Shown one piece after another: positions 19,118 to 30,354 of a DNA stretch of 49,718 nucleotides. How positions within the stretch are numbered: the first letter of the stretch is position 1; every line of letters starts with the position of its first letter. Source of the DNA: Candidatus Nomurabacteria bacterium (GTDB lineage: Bacteria; Patescibacteriota; Minisyncoccia; Phycocordibacterales; UBA9973); the NCBI GenBank assembly GCA_026395955.1, contig JAPLXR010000005.1, positions 1 to 49,718 on the forward strand, in the 5' to 3' direction. The notes beneath the pieces are model-generated. The model ran no database searches, was not told the origin of the DNA, and saw nothing but the letters and a program-made list of their open reading frames with translations. Position numbers and translations under genes: made by a program.

Positions 19118-19196
19118 AAAAAAATAAGCCCGTTTCATGACGGACTTGTATTTCAATATTACTCTATTTGACGTCAAAAGTCAATGTTTATCCACA
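19118..19196 (-). promoter_or_regulatory. nusA promoter, leader attenuator-like hairpin and adjacent DnaA box
   Basis: Minus-strand TTGACT, 17 bp, TAATAT, then hairpin AAGTCCGT-catgaa-ACGGGCTT plus a T tract. TTATCCACA at 19188-19196. Confidence 0.55.
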
Positions 19197-19250
19197 ACTG
19201 TATTTTTTATATTGTTATTTTATTTTTTAATAGTATATAATATATATATT

Positions 19251-19553
19251 ATGATATATGATAAAAAGAAAATAATTAGTTTAGTAGCATTAGTAATTAT
19301 TATTATTTTAGGAGTCTCTATTTATTTTTTAAATTCTAAATTTAAAAATCAAACAAGCAACAACACAAACCAAGGTTTAACAGAAGCACAACGTACTCAA
19401 ATTTTAGAAAATCTAAAAAGCCAATCTGCAAATATGAAACCTTTGTCTGATGCTGATAGAGCAAAAATTTTAAAGAGTTTAAGTGGAACAACAACTAATA
19501 AGCCTTTGACAGACGCTGAGAGAGCACAAATTTTAAATTCTTTAAAACAATAA
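19251..19553 (+). CDS. membrane-anchored protein with three short helical repeats
   Basis: Probable ATG at 19251; TM helix; LTEAQRTQIL / LSDADRAKIL / LTDAERAQIL. Confidence 0.7.
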   Translation: MIYDKKKIISLVALVIIIILGVSIYFLNSKFKNQTSNNTNQGLTEAQRTQILENLKSQSANMKPLSDADRAKILKSLSGTTTNKPLTDAERAQILNSLKQ

Positions 19554-19571
19554 AAAATTTTTAAACAAAAT

Positions 19572-22500
19572 ATGAAAAAAATATTAAAATCTAAATTTGC
19601 GCTAATAAGCTTGTTGTCTATTTCTATTTTAATATTTTCTAGTTTTTTATTTAGTAAACACGTAGAAGCATCTGTTTCTTTTAATTTTGTTACTAAATGG
19701 GGAACTATGGGTTCTGGTAATGGTCAGTTTAATATGCCCGTTGGTATTGCTGTTGATTCTGGTGACAATATATATGTTGGTGAAAGATACACAAATAATC
19801 GTATACAAAATTTTACTTCTAATGGAAACTTTATTTCTTTGTTTAATTCACCAAATGGTAATGGTCAATTTAATTTGAGTGATAATGGTGAAGCTATGAC
19901 AGTAGATCATCATGACCATGTTTATGTTAGTGGTAATAGTGCGGTTAATGAGTTTGATACTGCGGGTCATTTTATAAAAACATTTGGTTTTGGTGTTTTA
20001 GATGGTAGTAATGTTTTTCAAATTTGTAATGCTGGATCTACTTGCCGGGATGGTATAGATGCTGGGTCTAATTTAGGTTCATTTAGTGGAGTAGGACATA
20101 TTGCCGTTGATGATCAAGATAATGTCTATGTTCCTGATTGGAATTATAATGTTATCCAAAAATTTACTCCAACAGGAACTCCTGTTTTTAGATTTGGTGG
20201 AAATTTTGATACCACAGTTAGTGTCGCTATTGATTCTAGTGGAAATATTTATACTACTGATTACACGATGTATGTTCAAAAATTTGATTCAAATGGAAAT
20301 TTTATAACGAGTTGGGGTGGATATGGTTCTGCTGATGGACAATTTAATTATCCTTCTAATATTGCGATAGACTCAACAGACCTTATTTATGTTTTTGATA
20401 GTGGAAACAATCGTATTGAAGTTTTTGATACTGATGGAAACTTTATAACAAAATTTGGTTCTAGAGGTTCTGCTGATGGACAAATTCGCGGTGTAGTAGA
20501 TAAGGGTACTATTGCTATTGATTCTCATGATAATATTTATATAACTGATTTTTATAATTATCGTGTTCAAGAATTTACAAAAGTAATTTCTCAAAATCGT
20601 TCACTTTCAGTCCCTCCTAAACTCGAACTCCGTATCGTAGATAATGCTAGTGCAAATACAGCAGGAGTAATAAATACAGCAGATAATACAGCTTCAGCTC
20701 CACCTGCTACTGCTGCAACTAGTTTATATTTATCATCAAGTAATACAACACAAGGCATTAGTATATATTGGGCAGGTGATACTTTAGCATCACCAAACAA
20801 TACACTCGATCCAAACAAATGTAGTGCATATACAGATGTTTCTGGAAGTTCTTGGAGTTGGGGTGGTCCTGCATATACAGGAACATCTATTGCTCCTACA
20901 ACTGTCTGGAGTACTCCTATTGTAGATCATCCAACTATTCCTACTACATATTATGTTTCTTGTGCTAGTTCTGTCGGTGGACCTACATTAATTGCTTCTA
21001 TTACTGTTACTCCTGCTATTGTAGCTCCTACACCTAGTACCGCCCTCAGCCTCCAAATCGTAAACGGAACTTCAGCTCCAGTATTTAGTAATTCAAACAA
21101 TACAACTCCTACACCTTATCCTACACCAATGACTATACCCTTAGGTTCATCTATTGATATTTCATGGGCAGGTGATACTTTACCAAGGTGGTGGTAACTG
21201 GAACTGGGGAGGACCTGCATATACAGGAACTTCATTTGTTAACAACATTTACAGTACTGCAATTACTGATACACCAACTGTTCCTACTACTTATTATGTT
21301 TCTTGTAACAGTGCTGTTGGGGGGCCGTTGCTTATCTCTTCAATATTAGTGACTCCTACTTCAGTAGCTACTGGCGACGTTCTTGTTTTGAAGGTTACAG
21401 AAAGTAATACTACAAATACAATTTCTAATCCTGCTACAACAACAACACCTGTCCCCGTGGATCGATCTATAAGTGTTGCTCAATCAAATGGTGTCAGTAT
21501 TTCATGGGCAGGTATTCCTTCTACTCTTTATTATCCAAAATGTTTTGCTGGTTCGTCTAACGGTGGTTCTTGGTCTTGGGCTGGTTGGAATTCTGGTGGT
21601 GCTACGTTACCTTCAAACTTTAGTCCTATTATTATGGATCACCCAACGGTTCCAACTAAGTATTATGTTTCTTGTTCTGATATAGTTTCAGGCACAACTT
21701 ATTCTTCTGAAATTATCGTAACTCCTGTTGCTGGAGCTCCAGTTTCTCCAGCCCTCAGCCTCCAAATCGTAAACGGAACTTCAGCTCCAGTATTTAGTAA
21801 TTCAAACAATACAACTCCTACACCTTATCCTACACCAATGACTATACCCTTAGGTTCATCTATTGATATTTCATGGGCAGGTGATACTTTACTTCATTTG
21901 TTAACAACATTTACAGTGCTGCAATTACTGATACACCAACTGTTCCTACTACTTATTATGTTTCTTGTAACAGTGCTGTTGGGGGGCCATTATTGCAATC
22001 AACTATTATCGTAACCCCTGTTGCTGGATCATCTGCATCTCCAGCTTTGAAACTTCGTATTGTTGAAAATAGTAATATTTCAAATGATATTATAAATACA
22101 GCAACTAATGCTAGTTCAACACCTGCGACTTTACCTATGACAACTGCTCAACCAGGTTCTGCTATTAGTATTTATTGGGCAGCCGATGATACTAGTACTC
22201 TTTATTATCCAAAATGTGTCGCTTCTTCATCTGCTTCCAATAACTGGAACTGGGTAAGCGGTTGGACTGGTGCTACTATTACTCCATTAGTTTGGGGTGG
22301 ACCTATTTCTGATAGTCCTACTGTTGCTACTACTTATACTGTATTTTGTCCTAGTCAAGTTAGTGGTCCAGATTTAACTGCTTCTATAACTGTTACTCCA
22401 AAAGGAGCAACAAATAATACTCAAAGTTGTACAGGAGCTTCTTCTGGTGGTGCTTTGACTGGTTGGGCTTGGTCAGACAATGTCGGATGGATTAAAATGG

Positions 22501-24059
22501 ATGGAGTTGTCTACGATACAGCTGGTAATTTTTCTGGATATGCTTGGGCTGATACTGTAGGATGGATTAGATTCGGAGGTCTTTCTGGTTGGCCATCTGG
22601 AGGTGGAACTCTCTCATCAAATGCTGTTCTAAATACTACAATAGGTAAAATAGGTGGTTGGGCGCAAGTTCTGTCTATGGCTGGTACATCACCTGACTCT
22701 GAATCTTTTGATTGGGCAGATGGTTGGATTAGTCTTTATTCAAATGGAACTGATGTTTCTACTCCTTATACATATGGTCCTGCCTTTAATCTATCTACTG
22801 GAAATGCAATAACTCCTTCTTATGCATGGGGTGGAAATGTAACAGGTTGGGTTGATTTTTCACAAGTTCGATTAATCCCTTGTACTGTAAAATCAGCTAA
22901 ACTTGAATTAATGATAAAAGACAATTCAAATCCAACAAATACAATTACTGCTACAGCAAACCAAGCTCCAAATGGTCCTAATGCATCAGGAAGTGCAACT
23001 TTAGTTATAAATTCTGCTCATAGTTTTGATATTTCATGGGCAGGAGATGATAGAACAACAATGTTTTATCCAAAATGTACTGCTTCTACAAGCAGTCCTT
23101 CTACTAATTCTTGGACTTGGACTGGTTGGCTTTCAAACACTGGTGCTACTATTACTCCACTTAGTTGGGGACATCATATACAGAACACTGATCAAATTAC
23201 TTCTACACAAAAGTATGTAATTACTTGCCCTAGTCTTATTTCTACAGGAACTACACTTACAGCTGTTATACAAGTCAAACCTATTATTTGTGATGTTGGT
23301 TCAACAGATCCTGCATGTAGTAATACTTCTGATGTTTCAAGTTTAAATATAAATGCTCCACAGAATGCTTGTGGTGGTGGTCATTATAAACCACTATTAA
23401 TCAGTTTGACTGGACACGGTGTTACAACTGGTGCTCAATGTACAGCATCTATTTCACCTGCCTTGAGTATAAATAATCATCCAGAATGGACAGGTAACTT
23501 GAGTTATTCATCTGTTCCAAATAGTTATATGCTTGCTTTTCCAAGTAATAATACAAATAATACTATTCCTTATACTCTTAATCTAAGTTGTCCAACTACT
23601 GCAGCCTTACCAAACCCAGCAGATACAAGTATTAGTCCAAACCATCCAACTGTAATTAATTTATTATCAACTCAAGACTGTAACCCTGGAATCACAGAAT
23701 TTTATCCAACTTATCCTTGTGTTAATCCTCCTATAGGTGAAAATGTTCCTACTATGCAAGTAAATGTGTCTGCACATGGAATGAGTTCTTGTGTTGTTAC
23801 AGATACTGTAAATGGTCATGATTATCCTGTTACTTTTAATCAACCTGGTATGGGAACAGCAACAGTAGATGTTTTTGGAAATAATCCAAATTACACTTTA
23901 TCTTGTACTGGAAATGATAATGGTACTTATGTTAATACTGATTTCACCGATGCGAATGGAGTGCCACTCAATGATTTTACAATAGAAACAACTGATCAAT
24001 GTTCGGGAACAAATCCAATTATTCCACCAAAACCAAGACCAGTTTTCATTGAGAGATAG
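19572..24059 (+). pseudogene. large secreted surface protein (NHL beta-propeller plus Cys-pair Ig-like repeats), split by two frameshifts; possibly an assembly artefact
   Basis: Signal peptide, NHL repeats (GSGNGQFNMPVGIAVDS) and repeated ISWAG...C...W.W...PT..TTYYVSC units continue across ORFs 19572-21197, 21154-22014 and 21993-24059. Includes a GWAWSDNVGWI domain. Confidence 0.7.
21042..21892 (+). repeat. 142-bp identical intragenic direct repeat
   Basis: 21042-21183 equals 21751-21892. A second ~99-bp near-identical repeat lies at about 21229-21327 and 21891-21988. Confidence 0.85.
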
Positions 24060-24135
24060 CATTAAAAAATAAAAAGTCGTGATATAATTAAAAGATAAAT
24101 AAATTAAAAATTATTAGTTAGCATTATAAAAATAT

Positions 24136-27100
24136 ATGAAAAAAATTAACACCATCTTGTCGATAAAAGTTCTATTACTCATTACAGTTTTTGTTATGAG
24201 TGCGGTCTCAGTTTTTGCTTTTGGTCCTACTGGTCCAGCACCTACAAACAACGTAGAAGGTCCACTAAATGTCGGTCCTGCTTTTCAAGAAAAAACTGGA
24301 GCATTGCAGGTGGATGGAGATATAAGTGGTGGAAGTAATTTGTATCTAGTAGGTGGTGAAAATGCTCATGGAAATATCAGTACAGATAGTTCATTTAATG
24401 CCGCTCCTTTAGCAGGAGTAGGCCCTAGACCTCTTTGTGCAACTTCGAATGGTACAATTACAGTTACTGGATGTATCACTAGTACTGGTTTACCTGTAGG
24501 TTTGACTAGTGCTAACTTGAACGAAACTCTTCGTTGGAATGGAACTGCATGGATAAATACTTCTGTTTTGAAAACAACTACAACTGGAATAAATGTTACT
24601 GGAGGAATAACTACTACTGGTAATGTTTTGTTCGGTGCTTCAACCACTCCTTATACAAATAATACTGTTGGTGTTTATGGAAGTTCTGTTTTAACAGGAA
24701 ATGAAAGTGTAGGTCATACATTATTTGCTGATCAAGCACAACTAGGTGGAAGTGGAACAGGACATAATCTTACCGTGTATGGAGATGTTATTGTACCACC
24801 ATTGAATCCTAGTGGAGTGGTTAAACCTTTGTGTATAGGTACTACAGGAACTCTTACTATTGGATGTCCACCTATTGTTATTCCAGCGTTACCTGCACAA
24901 GGAATAATAGGAGGTCTTTTACCTACTGCTTTAAATACTCAAACTATAAGATTTAATACAGCAGCTTCAGGTGGTCCTAAATGGGAAGCTTCTTCAACTT
25001 TAACTAATAATGGATCTAGTATTTTTGTAGGAAGTTCTGGTACTAATGCAAACTTGTTTGTTTATGGAAATCAAGTAAACTCGGGAGTCATAACAAATAC
25101 TTCTTATGCTCTTACTGGTGCACCTATAAGACATTTATGTGTTGATTTAAATGGACAATTTACGATGTCTTGTCCTAATAACGGATCAGTAGGTGGAAGT
25201 TTACCAGCAGTTGGATCAGTAAATAATGTTTTAAAAAACATAGCTGGTGTATGGACATCTTCCCCTATTGCTCAAGGTACAGTTGGAGGAAGTCTTCCTA
25301 CTGGTGCCATTGGCCAGGTTTTACATTCTAATGGAGCTGCATGGCTTGGAACAGGTGGTTCCTTAACAGAAGATGCAAACGGTGCCGCAGTAACTGGAAC
25401 TTTTATAGTTTTGAATAATGCTACTACAACTTTAACTGGAAATCTTACCACTTCTAGAAGCGTATCTTTAGGTATTCCAGGTTATCATGTTACTATTCCG
25501 GACTTGTCTTGGACTGGTAATGCCTATCCTTCTGGTAGAGTTGTATGTACTAGTCCTGGTGGAATATTAACTTCTAATTTATTTGGCGGGGCTTGTCCTA
25601 GAGGAATACTAGATGGTTTATTACCTAGTCCAGGTGCATCAGGCACAGTTTTGACTAGTAACGGTTCAGCATGGCAACCTGCACCTTTGCCTGTACAGTT
25701 ACCTCTTTCTGGTAATACCTCTGGAGATGTTTTGACATGGAATGGTGCTACAAATGCGTGGGTTCCTTTTGCTAGTGGTTCTACTGATGGCCAAACTCTT
25801 CGTTGGAATCCAAACAAATTTGCTACAAACCAAGGAGGATGGGAGCCTACGATGTGGCTTTCTGATAATGCTGGTTTTACGTTAAGTACTTCAAATATTT
25901 TTATGGCTGCCGGTGATACTCAGCTAGGTCTTAATCCAAGTAATATAACTTATATTGCAGGTAATACAACAGTCGGAGGAACTTTAGGTAATCCTTTAGG
26001 TAATCCAAATGCAAGTTTGACTGTCAATGGGAATACAACAATTGGTACAAACGGTCATAACAATTCTTTGTTAGTTAATGGTGGAACTTTAACAAATACT
26101 TTATATTCTTGGGGAGAAACACACTTAGCTTTTAATAGTGGAAATGTTTTAGTTGGAGATGTTACTAATCCTGGTTCTTATAATGCAAGTTTGTTTGTTC
26201 GTAGCCTTGAAGGTCAACCACAACCAAACTGGATAACAGGACCTATAACAACTGTTTGTGTTGTTGGTAGTGGATCAAATGCAGGCTTAGTTATTCAATG
26301 TCCACCTCCTGTGCATAGTACTACTCCTGTTACTTTTTCTACAAATGGAACATGGACAGTACCAGCTGGAGTAACTTCAATAAACCTAGAATCTTGGGGT
26401 GGAGGAGGTGGTGGAGGAGGTGGTGGAGGTGAAGCCGGTTTTTGGCGTCCAGCAAGTTACACCCCTTGGGGTGCTGTTGGAAGTACTGGCGGTGCAGGAG
26501 GAGGTGCTGGAGGATACACAAAAGTAACTATACCTGTTACTCCTGGTCAAACTTTTAATATCAATATAGGACAAGGTGGTGTAGGAGGTATGGGAGGACC
26601 TTCTCAAGAATTAATAAGCCCTGCTCGTGCTGATTCTTGGTATATGGGTTCAAACGGTGTTAATGGTACAAATACTACAGTTACAACTACACCTTTGGTT
26701 TATCCTACTACACCTATTACAATAATAGCTGGTGGTGGACAGGGTGGTAACGCTGGATATTTTCCATTTGTTACAACTGGTAGTGCTTGGTCTACTTCTT
26801 TTAATAATAGAAATAATTTTCCAACTACTGGCGGTGCAGGAGGAACTGGATATAATTTTGGACAAAATGGTAACGATGGAGGTGCTACTGGTGTTGGAAT
26901 AGGAGGTTCAACGATATTTGGTTCTGCGAACTCTTATGGTGCAATTGCTGATTGGTCTCGTTTTACTGATGTAAATGGTAATTATTTAAGTGGTAATCCT
27001 GGTCTTTTTCAAAGTAATTCAACAGGTCCAGTAGCTATTGGTACTCCTGTTGTTGTTTTTAATATATCTTATATAAACAATCCACTTGCCAGTGCTCATG

Positions 27101-27261
27101 GCGAAGATGCTTCTTTTTATGGAGTAGGTGGTGCTGGTGGTGGTCCTGATTATTCACGTGGACATGGTTACAATCGTACTGTTAATCAAAATAACATGTC
27201 ATTTGTTGGTGGTGCTGCTGGTGGTTCAGGTGCTGATGGTTATGTGAAAATTACTTACTAA
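24136..27261 (+). CDS. large Gly/Thr-rich secreted fibre/adhesin-like protein with C-terminal glycine-rich domain
   Basis: Signal peptide; recurring G(Q/D)(T/V)L.WNG..W and (R/K)PLC...G motifs; TWTVPAGVTSINLESWGGGGGGG domain. Confidence 0.75.
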   Translation: MKKINTILSIKVLLLITVFVMSAVSVFAFGPTGPAPTNNVEGPLNVGPAFQEKTGALQVDGDISGGSNLYLVGGENAHGNISTDSSFNAAPLAGVGPRPLCATSNGTITVTGCITSTGLPVGLTSANLNETLRWNGTAWINTSVLKTTTTGINVTGGITTTGNVLFGASTTPYTNNTVGVYGSSVLTGNESVGHTLFADQAQLGGSGTGHNLTVYGDVIVPPLNPSGVVKPLCIGTTGTLTIGCPPIVIPALPAQGIIGGLLPTALNTQTIRFNTAASGGPKWEASSTLTNNGSSIFVGSSGTNANLFVYGNQVNSGVITNTSYALTGAPIRHLCVDLNGQFTMSCPNNGSVGGSLPAVGSVNNVLKNIAGVWTSSPIAQGTVGGSLPTGAIGQVLHSNGAAWLGTGGSLTEDANGAAVTGTFIVLNNATTTLTGNLTTSRSVSLGIPGYHVTIPDLSWTGNAYPSGRVVCTSPGGILTSNLFGGACPRGILDGLLPSPGASGTVLTSNGSAWQPAPLPVQLPLSGNTSGDVLTWNGATNAWVPFASGSTDGQTLRWNPNKFATNQGGWEPTMWLSDNAGFTLSTSNIFMAAGDTQLGLNPSNITYIAGNTTVGGTLGNPLGNPNASLTVNGNTTIGTNGHNNSLLVNGGTLTNTLYSWGETHLAFNSGNVLVGDVTNPGSYNASLFVRSLEGQPQPNWITGPITTVCVVGSGSNAGLVIQCPPPVHSTTPVTFSTNGTWTVPAGVTSINLESWGGGGGGGGGGGEAGFWRPASYTPWGAVGSTGGAGGGAGGYTKVTIPVTPGQTFNINIGQGGVGGMGGPSQELISPARADSWYMGSNGVNGTNTTVTTTPLVYPTTPITIIAGGGQGGNAGYFPFVTTGSAWSTSFNNRNNFPTTGGAGGTGYNFGQNGNDGGATGVGIGGSTIFGSANSYGAIADWSRFTDVNGNYLSGNPGLFQSNSTGPVAIGTPVVVFNISYINNPLASAHGEDASFYGVGGAGGGPDYSRGHGYNRTVNQNNMSFVGGAAGGSGADGYVKITY

Positions 27262-27271
27262 TAATTTTTCT

Positions 27272-27303
27272 AAAAACACTCAACTTTTTAGTTGAGTGTT
27301 TTT
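27272..27303 (+). terminator. intrinsic terminator
   Basis: AAAAACACTCAACT-tttt-AGTTGAGTGTTTTT. Confidence 0.75.
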
Positions 27304-27311
27304 GTTTTTAC

Positions 27312-27346
27312 ACCCTCTCCTTAATAAGGAGAGGGTTGGGGTGAGG
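27312..27346. repeat. REP-like palindromic element
   Basis: ACCCTCTCCTT-aat-AAGGAGAGGGT followed by TGGGGTGAGG; GC-rich within an AT-rich spacer. Confidence 0.6.
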
Positions 27347-27373
27347 TGAATTTTTTTATGATATAATTTAGTT

Positions 27374-29122
27374 ATGCAAATAAATGAAGAGCAATTAATA
27401 AAATTTATTTTAGAATCAGGTTTATTAAATAAAACTGATCTTGAAAATGCTCAAAAAAAATCTCTAGAAGGAAATATAAAATTAAGTGATCAACTTCTCT
27501 CTGAAGGTAAAATTTCTGAAAAAGATTTAAAGAGAATGGAAGCAAGTGTTTTAGGTATTCCATTTGTTGATTTATCTGGCCAGAAGATTGATCTGGATGT
27601 TTTATCTATGATTCCGGAACCTATTGCACGTAATCACAATATTATTACATATAGAAAGAATGATAATACTAGTCTCGAAGTAGCGATGCTCGATGTAGAA
27701 GATTTACCCGTTATTGATTTCATAAAAAAGAAATCAGGATTAAAGATTTTGCCTAGACTTACAGATACTCCGTCTATCAAATTCGCCCTCGTGCAATATA
27801 GAAAAAGTCTCGAAGCAGAATTTTCTGATTTGATAAAAAAAGATGCTAGTGCAATAAAGAAAAATGATAAAGAAAATTTATCTGAAGAAGAAAGACTAAA
27901 AGAAATGGCTGAAGATTTGCCTGTGGTAAAAATAGTTGATTCGCTTATTTCTCATGCTGTTTTACAAGGTGCTTCTGATATACATATAGAACCAGGGGAG
28001 CATGATCTGACTGTGCGTTATCGTATCGACGGTATTTTGCACGATGCTATGACTTTAGAGAAAGAAGCCGGCAGTGGTATTACAGCTCGTATTAAAGTTC
28101 TTTCAAACTTGAAACTCGATGAAAAGCGTTTACCTCAAGATGGACGTTTTAAAATAGAAAATGAAGGACAAAAAACTTCTTTCCGTGTTTCTACTTTACC
28201 AACTTTTTATGGAGAGAAGACAGTTATGCGTGTGCTCAATGAAACTTCTCATGGTTATACACTCGAAGGTCTAGGTTTTCATGGTGACGGTTTAGAATTG
28301 ATTCATAATTCTCTAAAGCAGAGAACAGGTATGATACTCGCTACTGGTCCGACAGGCTCTGGAAAAACAACTACACTTTATACTGTGCTCGATATGCTCA
28401 ATAAACCAGAAGTAAATATTTCTACAGTAGAAGACCCGATAGAGTATCAAATGCCTAGAATAAATCAGACACAAGTAAAACCAGAAATCGGTCTTACTTT
28501 TGCAAACGGTTTGCGTACACTCCTTCGTCAGGATCCAGATATTATCATGGTGGGAGAGATTCGTGATGGAGAAACAGCATCACTCGCAGTGAATGCGTCT
28601 CTTACAGGTCACCTCGTATTATCTACTATCCATACGAATAGTGCGGCTGGCGCTATTCCACGTCTGACAGATATCGGAGTAGAAGCTTTTCTTATTGTCT
28701 CTACTGTAAAAACAATTATTTCTCAGCGTCTTGTACGTAAACTATCTTCGAAAGAAGGAAAATATTTTATGTCAGCAGATGAAATAAAATCATTAGCAAA
28801 AATTGTTGATCTAGAAAGGATGCTCGGATTCTTGAAAGCTGAAAAGTTGATTGCAGGTGATATGACATGGGAAAAAATACCTATGTATAAACCGATAAAA
28901 ACAGAAGAATTCCCTGATGGTTACAAAGGGCGTCTAGGTATACATGAAGTTTTAAAAGTCAGTAATGTTTTAAAAGAAATGATTATCAAAGGTTCATCTA
29001 CAGATGAACTCGAAGTTCAAGCCAAAAAAGAGGGAATGATGACGATGTTAGAAGACGGTATTTTTCAAGCCGTAAATGGTCTGACGACTATAGAAGAAGT
29101 TTTGCGTGTTGTTTCTGAATAG
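27374..29122 (+). CDS. pilB: type IV pilus assembly ATPase PilB/GspE
   Basis: ASDIHIEP, EKRLPQDGR, TGPTGSGKTTTLY, TVEDPIEY, LRQDPDIIMVGEIRD, TGHLVLSTIHTN. Confidence 0.93.
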   Translation: MQINEEQLIKFILESGLLNKTDLENAQKKSLEGNIKLSDQLLSEGKISEKDLKRMEASVLGIPFVDLSGQKIDLDVLSMIPEPIARNHNIITYRKNDNTSLEVAMLDVEDLPVIDFIKKKSGLKILPRLTDTPSIKFALVQYRKSLEAEFSDLIKKDASAIKKNDKENLSEEERLKEMAEDLPVVKIVDSLISHAVLQGASDIHIEPGEHDLTVRYRIDGILHDAMTLEKEAGSGITARIKVLSNLKLDEKRLPQDGRFKIENEGQKTSFRVSTLPTFYGEKTVMRVLNETSHGYTLEGLGFHGDGLELIHNSLKQRTGMILATGPTGSGKTTTLYTVLDMLNKPEVNISTVEDPIEYQMPRINQTQVKPEIGLTFANGLRTLLRQDPDIIMVGEIRDGETASLAVNASLTGHLVLSTIHTNSAAGAIPRLTDIGVEAFLIVSTVKTIISQRLVRKLSSKEGKYFMSADEIKSLAKIVDLERMLGFLKAEKLIAGDMTWEKIPMYKPIKTEEFPDGYKGRLGIHEVLKVSNVLKEMIIKGSSTDELEVQAKKEGMMTMLEDGIFQAVNGLTTIEEVLRVVSE

Positions 29123-29132
29123 TTATAAATAA

Positions 29133-30350
29133 ATGATATTTACTTATAAAGCAAAATCAAAAAAAGGAGAATTTTTTGAAGGCAAGATAGATGCTTTTGA
29201 TCGTTTTGCTGCTGCGAGAGAATTGATATCTCAAGGTAACATGCCTTTGTCTATCTTTATTCAATCTCATCAAAATGAAGCGATAGATGATCTTTTTCAA
29301 AAGATTTTTGGGAAAGTAAAAATGAGTGAAAAAATTATTTTTACTAGAAATCTAAGTGGAATGTTGAAAGCTGGATTATCACTCTCTCGTGCTATTTCTG
29401 TTTTAGAAAAACAAACAAAAAATAAAACATTTGGTAATATTCTAAGTGCAATTCATACTGAGATAGATAAGGGCGAATCTTTGTCTTTTGGTTTAGCAAA
29501 ATTTCCAAAGGTTTTTTCTAAACTTTTTGTTTCTATGGTAAAGGCAGGTGAAGAATCTGGAAATTTATCCGGATCTTTAATTGAAATAGGTATTAACTTG
29601 GAAAAATCAAATGCAATTACTAAAAAAGTAAAAGGTGCACTTATGTATCCGGGAGTTATTCTCTCTGTGATGGTATTGATCGGAGTATTGATGTTGATGT
29701 TCGTTGTTCCGACACTTTCAAAAACATTTACTGAGCTCGGTGTTGATTTACCCGCTTCTACAAGACTCATAATCAATACTGGTAATTTATTTTCTTCACA
29801 TCCTATTTATGCATTTTTAGGTATTTTTGGAATTGCAGGATTATTGGTTTTGTTTTTTAGAGCAAAAGTAATGAAACCTATTTTTGATAAGATTGTGGTG
29901 CGTCTACCTATGATCGGAACTCTCGCAAAAGAATTAAATACTGCTCGTACTGCTCGTACTTTAGCATCGCTTATAAGTTCTGGAGTTCCTATCACTCGTG
30001 CAGTAGAAATAACAAGTGACGTTGTTCAAAATATTTATTATAAAGAAGTTTTAGCAAAAGCGAAATCAAGTGTAGAAAAAGGAGCTCCATTTTCTGCTGC
30101 TTTTAAAAATCATACAGAACTTTATCCTATAATGGTGGGTGAGATGATGGAAGTAGGTGAGGAGACAGGTAAACTATCAGATATGTTGCTCGAGATAGCT
30201 ATCTTTTACGAAGGAGAAATTGAAAATAAGACAAAAAACCTTTCTACTATTATTGAACCATTGCTGATGGTTTTTATCGGAGGTGCTGTAGGATTCTTTG
30301 CTATTTCTATGATATCACCTATGTATTCTATTATGGATAATATAAAATAA
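29133..30350 (+). CDS. pilC: type IV pilus platform protein PilC/GspF
   Basis: MVKAGEESGNL, ALMYP, VGEETGKL, IIEPLLMV; two T2SSF domains. Confidence 0.92.
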   Translation: MIFTYKAKSKKGEFFEGKIDAFDRFAAARELISQGNMPLSIFIQSHQNEAIDDLFQKIFGKVKMSEKIIFTRNLSGMLKAGLSLSRAISVLEKQTKNKTFGNILSAIHTEIDKGESLSFGLAKFPKVFSKLFVSMVKAGEESGNLSGSLIEIGINLEKSNAITKKVKGALMYPGVILSVMVLIGVLMLMFVVPTLSKTFTELGVDLPASTRLIINTGNLFSSHPIYAFLGIFGIAGLLVLFFRAKVMKPIFDKIVVRLPMIGTLAKELNTARTARTLASLISSGVPITRAVEITSDVVQNIYYKEVLAKAKSSVEKGAPFSAAFKNHTELYPIMVGEMMEVGEETGKLSDMLLEIAIFYEGEIENKTKNLSTIIEPLLMVFIGGAVGFFAISMISPMYSIMDNIK

Positions 30351-30354
30351 AATT

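Noticed and set aside
26398-26430. GGA/GGT tandem run as a phase-variable repeat
   Set aside because: Mixed codons encoding the poly-Gly motif of a glycine-rich domain, in frame.
24136-27261. Prophage, based on tail-fibre-like motifs
   Set aside because: The protein has a signal peptide, and there are no capsid, terminase, portal or integrase genes nearby.
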